Below are positions 1-12,242 of a DNA stretch of 64,000 bases, piece by piece. The stretch lies in the NCBI GenBank assembly GCA_965637545.1, contig OZ281498.1, positions 4,526,001 to 4,590,000 of the forward strand, written 5' to 3'. The translations under genes were made by a program, and so were the position numbers. How positions within the stretch are numbered: the first letter of the stretch is position 1; each line of letters begins with the position of its first letter. Origin of the DNA: Phallusia mammillata (lineage: Eukaryota). The notes under the pieces were generated by a model. The model was not told the origin of the DNA. It worked only from the letters and a program-made list of their open reading frames with translations, and did no database searches.

Positions 1-306
1 GATATTTGACATATCTCTAGTTGATCAGCTGACTCACTCGAGCAAATAAACAAGTTCGGAAACTCAGAAAACATCAGACATGGCAAACTATTCAAATCAC
101 CCTCATAAAAAACTTGTTACAAACTGTGTGTTTTTATTGTGTCTCTTAAATATACGTTTATTGGTTTTCTGTTCAGTTGCACACACCACTAACCACAAAC
201 ACGTTTTCCAGAATGTTTTTTTAAGGTTTGAAACGTTATTAGGGTCGTCGATTGTGGGTTTGTTTGACAAGGTCGTGCGCAAACACAGCCGTTAAACTGC
301 AAATAC

Positions 307-1119
307 CTTTGTTTATTGCCTCCACGATGTTGGGACGAACAAGACAAACATGCTCTTCGCAATTCAGCTGGTAATAACCGTTGATCACAGATTCGCACGT
401 GCTTTCAAATAAAAAACAAACAAGAATATTTCTGTGCAATTTGTAAAGTTTAAAAACTATTTTATTAGGGGATTTTGTAATGAACTTATTTCAACGTTTA
501 CATACCAGCGATTGCAGTTAACTTTTGTGACGTCGCCAGCTTTAAACGTTTTACCGTTAAAGAAGCATTCACCTGAAAAAATACCGTTACATTTCCACAT
601 ATATGATCTTTATCTTATGACTTGCGATTTACCTGTGTCCAAATGGCTAGTAGTAGTGGTAGTAGTAGAAACAAGACTAGTTACTTCTGCTGTTATAAGG
701 TCTATTGGGGTTGCTGCGGTCGTTATTTTCAAAGTTGGAAGTAAGCAGTAGCTTACATAGTCTGGGCAGCAATCTGAATCAACGTTCCTCTTGCAAAAAC
801 TATCACAGTAACATGTGGTTCCAAAGATCCTCACTGAACAGCTATCGTTTCGCCCCAGACAACACGGCAATTGCCTTCCTGTTCGAGGGAGTAATCTGCT
901 GGAGCAGAACTCCTCGGAACGACGAAATCTGAGCTTTGTATAACTGGCTGTCATTACGTTATGATTTGAAGCCCTTCTTTGATGCAGCAAGTGTAACCAG
1001 CGAACATGTCTTACGGGTTGTTTCTTAACGTTAATGCCGATCCTCTCTGGTGGTAACCCAACAACCAATACGACAAAGCAGCACAAAATCCAGCATGAAA
1101 TCAAAGTCCTCCACGTCAT
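307..1119 (-). CDS. TINAGL1: Tubulointerstitial nephritis antigen-like (TINAGL1/TINAG family) protein, 5' three coding exons; gene continues off the left edge
   Basis: Exons 1119-633, 572-506, 401-307 with GT-AG ends and matching phases. Signal peptide MTWRTLISCWILCCFVVLVVG; somatomedin-B-like CCLGRNDSCSVRIFGTTCYCDSFCKRNVDSDCCPDYVSYC; then ECFFNGKTFKAGDVTKVNCNRCTCE and CEEHVCLVRPNIVEAINKG, matching the TINAG/TINAGL1 N-terminal pattern as I recall it (CYCDxFC...DCCPD; CLVxPxxIxAINxG). Confidence 0.85.
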
Positions 1120-2785
1120 GCTCCAGCGTGAAAATGAATTGCTGGCGTCGAAGTTGAAAACTTTACATGCTGTTTGGTAACTAAAAAAAGCCGAACTGAC
1201 CAAACCTGTGCAAACCTGCACTGTTATAGCATGCCAAAACCGATGTCTTAACATGCAAGCGGACACCAACGGGCAAAAAGTAGGTCTGCAAAACTTTGCC
1301 TCGTATTGTTTGGATAAGATCGCGCCGAATACATATCGGCATCTAAGATCTAGCTATCAAATGCGACCCGATACCTGTCGACATTGAACGCACGCAAGCA
1401 CGGCGGTTTTACCTTTGCCCGCATATTTCCCGTTAACTTTCGCTCGGACAATAGATCTTATTTTATGAACTCATAGCCTTGGTCAACAAAGCGGGTATTG
1501 TTTACTGTCAATCATCGCAGGGTTTGGCGAATCCAGAAGAGTAATCAAGCGAGATCTTACGTACAAAGAATACTCATTAATTAAAGGCAGATTTAAGGTT
1601 GCGTGCAGGAACAATACACAGACTCAAAGGTCAAAAGAGTTTAAGACCTGTTATACAGGACCATAGTAATCCTACGAGGCCTTTGAAATATTGCCAACAA
1701 ACAGCTTAAGTTATATCAAACTAAGCTTGTGTCTCGAGTCAAGGTTTACTTGTGCTTTAGAAAATCCAATGCTTGCAAAAACACAACTTGAATACGAAAT
1801 ACACAATTTTAAACATATGTTGCACATCAGAGTAAACACAAACATATATACCAAACCTGACTACCAAGAATGTTAGGTCTAGAAACATAACTTACATTCA
1901 GTTGCACGTATTCACGCGTGCGCTTTCGTATAAAGCAAGTGCAATTACAATGCCAACGATTACATAAGCAAAATCATTACCATGTTTAGTTTAAACTGAA
2001 AAAATGTTTAACGCAAGCGTATACCAGGTAAAAAAAAAACGCAAAGCAAACACGTGTAGAGATTCGTTGTGATTTAACTTACATGCAAAGCTCGTTTGAG
2101 AATAAGTTGTATTGTATAGCTGAAAAAAGTAGGCGGTATCCAGCAGGGGTAGAATCATTATATCGTTTATGTTTCTAGCCGATGTGGAGCCAGTTTTTGC
2201 ATTTCCGTTTGGAGCATTGTACATCCGGTTAAAAACTGCTCAAATCGGTATTTAGGTTGGAGTATGTTGTTAATTTGACCGTTGTTTTTGCATGGAAGCA
2301 TATTTCAGACATTATCAGGGAGTACTACGCCTTCAGCGGCTTTGTACCAGTATCAAAAACAACAGTAATCAGTACATTAAAAAGACAATGTCTCTTTATA
2401 CATTATGATTATGGTTGTAAATATTTTTTGCTGTTAGGTGTTTTCTTGTAAAAGCATGTTTTCTCTGAGCAAAAAAAAACCATTATTGGGATGTAACTTT
2501 AGTATTTAAGCAGAATGCGATGATTCTTTGTTATTTTATGGTACACTAATACAGTGCTCCACAAACCTTTTTTACGCACGTCGCACCATACGAGCTTTAA
2601 ATTGTCGGCGGCACAACCGAACCAAAAATGCGATTGAAGATATACGAAACAGCACAAAAACACATTATGGATTTAGTAAGATACCTGGCATCGTTTACAT
2701 GAGCACAATCGCCGTATGTTAAGCTTAATATTTGACAGAGCGACCCGAAGTTCCTCGTCTAGTTTTTTGAGCGAGATTGTTTGTC

Positions 2786-5129
2786 ATTTTTTTATCAACA
2801 ACAAAGAAGAAAAACTTTGTTCTCACAAGTAAGTGTATCAAAGTTAAAAAACCAAGTGCAATAAACTAGTAAGTGTGAAAACAATGGCATATAATCACGA
2901 AACAATTAAAACATCTGACGCAACAATTGGAATTGTTGATTCTCAAAATGAGGGACTATTTCCATTTAGGAGCAGCACACCCAGCATCGTCCTGCGGCAC
3001 ACCGGTTGCGGAGCACTGCACTAATATTACGATTCACAAATATTACGATTATACTTGCGGTTAGGTGTATTTCGGTTTCAATCTGGTTAATAATAATAAA
3101 AAACACTAATATTAATGTAATAACTTTTTGCCTCATCTTAAAACTCAGTTCCCGTACTGAAACCTTTTCCTGTTAAAAATTGCTTGCGCCGGTGCTCTTC
3201 ACGCCACCTATCGGTGTTTAGGAAACATTATCTGAAAGGATGGTTGGAAAAAAGGGTAGAGCTACTGACACAATAACGCACACGACACCCAAAGTCGATT
3301 TGGTTACATCTCCAAAAATGCTTACGGTTAGGGCTATTAGGGTCGGGGTAAGGTATTAGCACTTAAAATTCAATAAAACTAACCCAAAAAATTAGTTACT
3401 AATGTACAAAAATTAAAAACTTATTTCCCAACCCAACCCATTTATAGCCGCTAAATAAAAAATTCAGCTCTTTACGCCCCCTAATCGACTTTGGGTGTCG
3501 TGTGCGTTATGGTGTTAGTAGCTCTACCGGAAAAAAGGAGGTCATTGGGTTGAGAATTTGGCATGGAAAAGGGTGCTGTAAACAGGCTGAGTTTTTTTGT
3601 GAACAAACTTTGGTATTTAAAGGGCGATTTTTTTATGACTGATCAAATTTATTGGCTAATCTGAAATGAAATATATCAGGAAAGTCAAATGTTGATTTAT
3701 TTATGAATAAAACTGTGATTTTTAGTCTTTGTTTGACTTGAACAGTCTTTAAACCTTTCGTGGCCGATAAATGATTTAATGCTAAACGAAAAATTCAATT
3801 AAAGATTGTTTGAATCAGTGTTGGTGCATGTCATAATGGAAAAGTTGTATATGTTTAGTTAGATGCAAAAAAACTGTTAAATTTGATTATTTGAATGGTC
3901 TTTTTAGATGGTTTGATTTTGTATAGACTGTTTGTTTTAATTTTCCAACCTTTTGTGACAGGTTGTAATCCTTATTATTAATTGTTTAATATAAACTGGC
4001 AAAATTCCGTCGTTAACAGCAATCCAAAGTTCGTCTCACCCCAAGGTGTCATTTGTAAGTATAAGTAGGCTACTCGCTGTGGACTAATGTGGGAGTCATT
4101 AAATCTTTTAATGGCACTTTTAAGATACCTTTTATTCTGTCAAATAACTTGTGAGTGACATCATTATTTTGGTCATATGGGGGCTCCTCTAAAATACGCA
4201 ATCTACTTATAAAATGTATGCAACTTTTAAAAATGTTGACGATTAGGGCATTTAGGGTCTGGGTGAGGGTTTCTAATAAAACTAACGCTATAATTTAGTT
4301 TTAGATGTCCAGTTTGGGCTTGATATTCCCATATGTGTTGAGAGTGATACTAAACACTGTACGGTACCGCATGTTAACACTTGTGAGAAAATTAGACCTG
4401 AAAGACATCTGAAACTAAATTATAAAGTTATTTGTATCACAATCCCTCACCTTGACCCTAATAGCCCTAACCGTCAACATCTTAGTTAGTTTTTATAAGT
4501 AGATTGCGTACAGATTGCGTATTTTAGAGTAGCCCGTCATATGGGAGTTTCTATTCTCGCGGAACTGATCAATAACCAGATGCCCTGAAATATTAGTATG
4601 TTACTGTGGGTGCAGGCTGTGTTTTTAGTACTATTACATACTAAAACCTTAATGCAAACAAAGTAACTGATTTCAATAAATCGAACAGTTTTTTAGTTTT
4701 AGCAACACTAGGCATGTCATGAAAAATTACATCAAATGCCAAGTTAGCCACCCCTAAAAAAATTGGCACATTGCTTCAAATGTGTTCTAGTCCTATTTCG
4801 GTCGTTTGTGTTTCCCTGAGCAAGAAACTTAAGCGGCGTTGCTCCAACCCAGTGGTTCCCGATAGGTTGAACTATATTGAAGTCACCAAGTCAAAAAAAT
4901 AAATAAAAAATGATTAACGGACAATAAAAACAGTGAGCATAACACATTCAGGTGTTGCCTGCCCACTGAGGATAAAAATGAAACACACAACAAACATATG
5001 TTTAACACTTTATTTCATTTGTTCGTGCAGGTCCCAGTTATCAGTAAGTACACAGCCCGTCAGGAGGGTCTGTGTTTGTACAAGGAGCAACTCGACTTCA
5101 ACTTCAGTCCACCGTGGGACCCTAGCTAG
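2786..5129 (+). CDS. Upstream conserved coding region (uCC, non-AUG uORF) of the ODC mRNA, split by a ~2.2-kb leader intron
   Basis: Frame 5031-5129 reads VPVISKYTARQEGLCLYKEQLDFNFSPPWDPS* with no in-frame AUG, closely matching the AZIN1/ODC uCC C-terminus (recalled as LYREQFDFNAEPPWEPS*). The 3' part is well supported. The 5' exon ending at the GTAAGT donor at 2829 and the AUU start at 2786 are tentative. Confidence 0.8.
3255..3528. mobile_element. Mutator-like (MULE) MITE
   Basis: ~46-bp terminal inverted repeats (GGTAGAGCTACTGACACAATAACGCACACGACACCCAAAGTCGATT / AATCGACTTTGGGTGTCGTGTGCGTTATGGTGTTAGTAGCTCTACC) flanked by a 9-bp direct repeat GGAAAAAAG (3246-3254, 3529-3537). Confidence 0.85.
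4181..4535. mobile_element. Mutator-like (MULE) foldback MITE
   Basis: Long imperfect inverted arms starting GGGCTCCTCTAAAATACGCAATCT and ending AGATTGCGTATTTTAGAGTAGCCC; 9-bp direct repeat GTCATATGG at 4172-4180 and 4536-4544. Confidence 0.8.
4795..4985 (+). mobile_element. Degenerate SINE resembling ascidian Cics-1
   Basis: GTGTTTCCCTGAGCAAGAAACTTAAGCGGCGTTGCTCCAACCCAGTGGT, an A-rich middle and a 3' GTTGCCTGCCCACTGAGGATAAA resemble the Ciona Cics-1 SINE as remembered. Not database-checked. Confidence 0.5.
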
Positions 5130-5327
5130 CATTCTTGGGGTGTAGCGTTTTTTCTGTGTCCTTTGTCACCTTGAGTAAGCTTATTTTTGTAATGTTTATC
5201 TCGTAGGTTGGAAGCAATTAACATGACTGTGTTTTGTTACAGCGAGCGGGCACACACTTTTTCTGCATTACACTGTTAATAAGCACACACTTACTTTACA
5301 TTCATACCCAAACAGCTGAGCAGCAAC

Positions 5328-8300
5328 ATGAAAGACACTCCTTCACCAACCTATGTTGAGTTGTTAAACGATTTCAATATCGAAAAATTTGTACAATCGC
5401 AACTTGCTGACAGTTTCGACCATGGGGTATGATGCTATTCGCAGCCTTGACTGCTTGTTTAAACTGGTAAAATTCAAATTAAACCATTGCTTTAGGATGC
5501 CGAAGACCCATTTCTGGTTTGTGATTTGGGTGATGTGGTAGCAAAGCATCAGCGTTGGAAAACTGAATTTCCCAGAGTGCATCCACATTATGCCATTAAA
5601 TGCAATACTGACACTGTGCTCCTAAAAACTATGATGGCTTTGGGAACTGGTTTTGATTGTGCCAGCAAGGTATAAAATTTGCACTAGCACGTCTTACTAA
5701 TGTTTAGGTTAATTGGATTGCAGATTCTATTCATTCTTGTGTGTCTCTGTTTTTAGAAAAAATAACTCTCACAACTATTCTGCATTATTATAAAAAAGGA
5801 TACTGCCTGTACACCCCTTTTTTGACACAGTAATAAGTTGTACGTTGTTCCTAAAATGTATGTGTGGTTGATGTGCATGTACTATTAAGTTTTTTTCATT
5901 TAAAATACTTTTCTACTTGTACATATAGTATTCATTACAGATGATTACATGTTATCACATATAACCTACCTTGTTAACATACGATTAACTAAATTGTGTG
6001 ACTAACCAGAACCTTACACATTTTAATGTAATGTGTTGTGCCTATTTATTCATGTAAAAATTAGGATTGAAACAGAATTTCCTATTTAGGTTGAAATCAA
6101 AAAGATGTTGGAACTTGGTGCTTCTCCAGAACGCATTATATTTGCCAATCCATGCAAACAAAAGTCCCATATTGTTTATGCCAAGGAACAGGGAGTGAAA
6201 TTGGTAGTGTTCGACAATGAAAATGAACTGTTCAAAATGAAAAAGTTATATCCAGATGCACAGTAAGCTCTGAAGTTGGTCTAAATTGTTTGTAATTTCC
6301 TACTAATCACCAACTGTCTGAAAAAAGTGTATAATTAAAGGAAGGACATTGGCAGCTTGTTGTCACAACTGGCAAGTTTTGTTAACATGCAGCTGCTATC
6401 CATATGGTGCATGCACCCTAAAAGTTGTGCATTAGTCAATGCAAGCAGACTAGCCTAATGATATTATATTATAGTGTTACACACAAAAAATTGTTTGTTA
6501 AAAGTTTGCAATAACATAAAAAATAATGTCAAAATCTCCTAACTTAACCAAAGTGTTTTATGTATTTGTTTTGATGTAATGTTAAGTTGTGGCTATGTTT
6601 TTATAGATTGGTTCTGAGGATCCAGACAGATGACTCCGCCTCTATTTGTCGCTTTAGCATGAAGTATGGTGCTGATCCAGAGGCATGTCCTCAGTTAATT
6701 GATATCGCTCGAAATTTGAACCTGAATGTTGTTGGCATCAGGTAACCTCACAAACAATTTGATAGCCATACAAAACCAGATAACTTATTCTTGTCTTGGC
6801 AGTTTTCATGTTGGAAGTGGTTGTCAAGATGTGAATGCGTTTGTGAAAGCTCTGCAAAACTCACGCAAACTCTTTGACTATGCCAAAACTGTTGGATATG
6901 ACTTTAACTTGCTTGACATTGGTGGTGGTTTTCCTGGCACTAAGGATGTGGATCTTACATTTGAGAAGGTATGCTGGAGTCCTGTTATGATGTACCATAT
7001 GGTGCATCATTTCCTGTCTGCGAATAGCAACAGTACACAATCATCAACATGTGCTAATGCTATTAGGGTGTCATATATTAAATCCTAATAGGTGGCAACA
7101 AGAGCCATGGTACCGGTGATACCACAATTTTCTTAAAACAAGGAGAGATAACTTATCAGATAAGAGCTTAAACTTTACAACAACTGATAACCTGCCATTT
7201 TTAAACAACACAATCATGTGTGGTTATGCTGACACTAAACTTGCTGACTTTGCTGTAGATAACCTCTGTGGTGAACTTCCAACTCCACCAATTGTTTCCA
7301 AGTAAGCAGTTCCCTCATGTGAATGTTATAGCTGAACCAGGTCGATATTACGCTGCCTCTGCATTCACCCTGGTCACAAACGTGATTGCTACACGACAGG
7401 TTGCTAGGGATATCCCAGCTGAAGGATACAGTGATTCAATTGGTAAGACAGCTTAGATTAAATGAAGAGGTTTGGTTGGCAAATTTATGACATGATTTCA
7501 TTAGAAAAACGAATGTAAATATTCACACATGAACGGGGTCCAAAGATATATGACATGGTGTTTAGTACAAAATCGATAAGATACTCAAGTCACAAGCACA
7601 CCATAAAGCACTTTTGATAGGTCATTGACTAAGACAAACTTTTCAGACTATTTCTAGCCTTCTATACTTGTGGGTATAAACTCAACCCAGTATGTTGTTG
7701 GCTCTCTATGAATATGTAAGGACATCGTTATAACAAAACTTGTATTTATGTTTTTGGCTTGTTTGTTTTTGCATATAGTGGTAAAACAATGTTCCATGGT
7801 GTGGTTGAAGCTTAATATTTATACTAGCAAAAATACACTTTTGATACTCTGGCAACGAAAAAAGGTTTTAAATCCCTGTTACTGGCTGGTTGTGTCATGC
7901 AAATTGCCTTTTCCTGAAAGCCAAACTGAAAACAGTTTTAGTCAAACATTTGTACATGAGCAAACTTGCAGTTTAGATGTTGACCTTTTTAGATTCTGTG
8001 AGGAATGGGGTAACTCCAACAGCCAATGAGGAGCCAGCATACATGTATTACATTAACGATGGCTTGTATGGCTCCTTCAACTGTCTTTTCTTCGACCATG
8101 CTAAAGTGACTCCAACTCTCCTCGATGTAAGATTTGCGTGTAAATAGCATTTATGGTTTATAAAGTACTATTTTTTACCATCAAGCTATTTCAGTCCAAT
8201 TTTTGGTTATTTATTTATTTAAAACCATCACAACAAGTATAATTATCCTATGCCTCGCTACAATCCTAAAAGACAAGTGCCATGTTACAAACAGGTCAAG

Positions 8301-10627
8301 CTTACTGTATGACCTGTAACAACAAGTTACAAGAAAAAAATGCTATTAAGAATACATTAATTTCCTGTGAAGCAAAATCGACAGGCACAGTAGTAACAGC
8401 ATATGGTTTGTGGTTATTTTAGGTTTCTGCAAAACAATCAAAATTCTCCTCAAGCATATGGGGACCAACATGTGACGGACTCGACCGTATCATTGAGCAT
8501 ATGCTGATGCCACAACTTAACACAGGGGACTGGATAGTCTGGAAAGGTAGTTTGCTCTTGTGATTGCTTTATGACAGTTTATTGTTGGTCTCCTTTATAA
8601 GCGGTTTATTGTTGGTCTCCTCTGACACACGACCTAAGTGGTGGCTATATAATGCGTAAGTAAACGATGGGTTTATGCTTTAGGGTTAATGGTCACACTT
8701 CGTAATGTCTTGTTTTATGTCAGCCAGTAAATCTTCCAAAGGTCCTTTTCTCTAAAACTTGTTGTTTATGGGTTATCAAAATCCTCTACAATTGAAACCT
8801 ATGGCTGTTTTGGCAAGGAAATTTGTTTATCGATTTTTTCAGGCTGAACAAAATGTCCAAATCCCTGGGCCTTTTTAATTCAATCATGTTTTGGTCACTT
8901 GTTTACCATGCTGTTTTACTATCGTTATGGTGTGATCTGTTTCAGACATGGGAGCATATACTATTGCGGCGGGTTCATCTTTCAATGGTTTCAAGACTCA
9001 GAAGGTCTACTATCATATTTCAGATGAAAAAAGGTACACAACTCTTTGAATTGTTGAAGACACATTGATTTGAATAAAATTGGACAGTGTTATAAATACT
9101 TGCCATATGGATTTGCCTCGCATTAATATGTATAGTTGACATATACACTACTACTATAGTATTGTGGATTGAAATTGCTAAGTAAAATCCTTCCTATGTA
9201 ACTATTATTAGTTGATCTTTCTATTTCTCCAGAAAAAGCAGATTAACTTAATCAAAATATCACATAACGTTGATCTGTATAAATTTGTCCAGCTCTTCTT
9301 GCAAAAGAGCTCTCCAAATTTGATATTATGCCTGCCAGCAATAGCTTATATATGTTGATCTGGTTATTTTAAGCAAACCAATTATATTTTTACTAATTTG
9401 TCATCTTGTTTTGGACAAACTGATTGATTTATATTTTCAGTGTGTTTATAGTTAAAACTCGGTTTTGCATGTCAACAGAACAAAACAGATAAAAAGTTGT
9501 TGCAAAGATTAGGTTTTCACAAACAGCTGCACATTTAACAAACAAATCGTGTCTAATCCAAGCAAAGAGCTACGCTTAGGAAATGAAGTCACTACTTTGT
9601 TTGTTGACAGCTGTTCTCCAAAGATAATGTGTGGGATGACGTAATCGATATTGCGCAACTACAACGTTGTGCGTAAACCCTTCTGTGACCTAAGACTTGT
9701 TACCTTAGCTACTGGGTGTTTTGATACTTGCTATTACAAGAAAATGTGGTGTTTTGCAGGGACTTGTTGACAAAATTGGCTGACACAAAAGTGAAGGGAG
9801 TTGAATTCAGCTGTTTTGCGTCATCGATGGTGAGATACAGTTACATATCCGTATTCTCTTCTTTCCAATGCAGTGTATCAAATAACCAGTAGGTCCAGTA
9901 CATATTGGTTCCAAATTTAGCTGTTGTTTAACAGACGATGCAATCTAAATGTTCAAATAAAGGGTTTGTTTTAATGGAGCCGTACATTAAAACTACTTTT
10001 TAAGAAAGTCCACAGCCCAATTTTAACCATTGCAATTATTACACTGCTATTAATCTAATACGTTTATACATTGTATGTCACTTTTTTTTGTTAATCGTAA
10101 AAAGATGATTAGTAAGTCACTATTATCAATTTTAAAGGGCTTAATTGTTGAAGATTATGCTATTACGGGTGACAGTTTCGTCGTCCGAGTTGACTGTTGG
10201 GGTGATTCACAAGACCTCTCCTATGAGTTGGCAGTTAATAAATTATTTTCTTACCACTTCTCAAAAATCGAAATACTTTTAATTGGACTGGTCGTCTGTG
10301 GCTTGAAATATTTTGAGAACCACTGGCCCAGTAAATGTTTTCTTGCAAAATGTTTTTCAGCTTTCTCTGGGCATTCGACTTTGTAATAGTATGCACTACT
10401 GCTGTACATTTTTTTGTGAAATTGTTTTTGAAACAAACGAAACCAACATAACACAACAGAACAGCAATTGGGATTAATGTTAACAAGCAAATAAAACAAA
10501 ATCTTACAACATTTAGTGTTTTCAGGCAAATAAAAAGATCCAGAACTTGACCAAGAAGGAAGCTGCTCCGAAGGATCCAAATCCTATTGGAGAGAACACA
10601 GAGCAACCAATTCCAGTTTACATGTAG
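5328..10627 (+). CDS. ODC1: Ornithine decarboxylase, 11 coding exons, 482 aa predicted
   Basis: Exons 5328-5426, 5496-5669, 6090-6262, 6607-6741, 6803-6968, 7259-7442, 7993-8126, 8423-8546, 8946-9033, 9760-9829, 10526-10627; all GT-AG, phase-consistent, total 1449 nt. Intact motifs: YAIKCN (PLP Lys), [46 protein letters not shown] (catalytic Cys), GAYT. The last two exons rest on splice and phase fit only. Confidence 0.95.
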
Positions 10628-11044
10628 TTTCACTGTAGTCCTACTAGGTTCCATTAGCTGTTGTGTTGCAATAATCTATTCCAAAAATTTTGTTCATCAG
10701 CTGTTTGGGTATGTAAAGGTTAAATTGATTTGCTAAACATTGCTTCAAACAGATTTGTGTGTCAGTGCTATGCCTAAAAATTGTGTCCGCTTCGTTGGTG
10801 ATGGGGACATAGAATGATTTAGTGTGTTTTTATGTTGATGTTTACCGATGTTCTGTTGTAATTCGTTGTGTACAGCAACTATACGAAGCTTGTGTGCCGT
10901 GGGATTGTCTCACGACTGTGTTATAAACCCCCCATTTCGTCAATAGCCTAGCTGTGCTGTTTGGTATTGCTTTAAATTTCATAACCTCTGTTTGCAAAGA
11001 ATAAACTTTTGGCGATTCGGCATTTTCGTGTTTGTTTGCGTAAT

Positions 11045-11418
11045 GGGTGTCCAAAGTGCGGCCGCCGCGACATTTTGCGCGACCCGCGGTTGTTGTTGCA
11101 AGTTGTGTTGCGTATGGCCCGCCAAAGTTTGGATTAAGTTCGGTTGTGGCGAGTTTTCGGAAAAGCTCTCAATGGAAGTTTATTTCCGGTAATCATGTTG
11201 CTGGCGCAAAAAATCCCACAATTTCCTCAAATCCCGTACATTTATGTTCTAGAAATCGAACTCAACTTCGCCGCCTGCACCACACTATAAGGTTACCTTG
11301 CATACACATTGACCATCGTTTTGGCAATTACACGAACCATTTCTTAATTCATCACATTCGTCTGCAGTGGTGCCTATGATAAAAAATTGGCCCCCATTAA
11401 AAAAGTTGTTCACCCCTG
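11045..11418. mobile_element. hAT-type MITE carrying an internal laminin-derived insertion
   Basis: Ends GGGTGTCCAAAGTGCGG...TTGTTCACCCCTG; alignable along its length with the reverse complement of 19523-19830 except for an extra segment at 11281-11375. Left terminus degraded, no TSD seen. Confidence 0.8.
11278..11377 (-). pseudogene. Duplicated fragment of laminin exon 49197-49326 plus its 5' splice site
   Basis: Reverse complement matches 49246-49343 (ATAGGCACC...TGTGTATGCAAG|GTAACCTTA..GTGTGGTG) with 4 substitutions and one 2-nt indel by my count. Confidence 0.95.
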
Positions 11419-12242
11419 GCATATGTAATGATTGCTGTGGCGTCGCTTGGTGTCAATGTAGTTTAAGAGTTTTTCAACCTGTCGCGAAGATAAGAAAAAA
11501 TCACAAACATTTAACCATGAATCTTCACAGCAAGAGGCAACATATCATGGTTTTGCAACACTGAATTTGCAATATTTCTGGTTTTGCTGCAGCTTATCGG
11601 ATCTCCTTGAAATAAAAAATGAAATTGAAGTTCATTGCGATATAAAGGTTGGTTGTGACGCACCAACACACTGACGCAGAAGAAACTACATATTCATAGA
11701 TACTAGATTTGGCACGGTTCCTAAATTCGCATTACAGTCTTCGGAAAAATATTGTATCATCGTCAATAACGTTTTGCAAGACAAATTGTGTTGAGTTGAG
11801 TTTATTTCTCCGGGCAAAATCGTAGCAGCACAATTCCGCTAAAATATTCACCAGGCCGGAAATAGCTGCGCAACGTTCAGACGTTAAAAAACGCGACAAG
11901 ATTGAGGGTAATTGGTAGAGGGATGGTAGACACGCTGCAGCTACACCGTTAAAACCAGCAAAAACTTATTCGAGGCTCATGGCCTCCTCAGGAAGAGTCA
12001 ATCGCCGACACATGTTCAACTTCTGTGACTGACAGAATTGTTACCGCAACCTTCTGGGAGTTGTAGGAGTTCAAGAAACCCTATTAGTTTTTTTGCCCAT
12101 TTGTAAAACTCAAAATTAAAATAAATTGTATCCTCCCATTTAGAGCAAACACAATTTTGTAAAGAAAAATACATCATATCATGACGTTACAACAATGCTT
12201 TTTAAAGATGGCTGTTGCGTTCAGGTGTTTTTTACAGTATTC

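Noticed and set aside
5224-5280. AUG uORF MTVFCYSERAHTFSALHC* before ODC
   Set aside because: Probably inside the last leader intron (5175-5315); cannot be placed in the mRNA from sequence alone.
9232-9700. Several alternative acceptors for the ODC terminal exon (9232, 9292, 9441, 9611)
   Set aside because: Each gives a very short tail; the 9760-9829 plus 10526-10627 pair fits better by acceptor strength and phase.
10235-10654. Minus-strand ORFs of 139 and 109 aa
   Set aside because: They overlap the last ODC intron and exon antisense, have no recognisable domain, and the only plausible splice needs a 34-nt intron.
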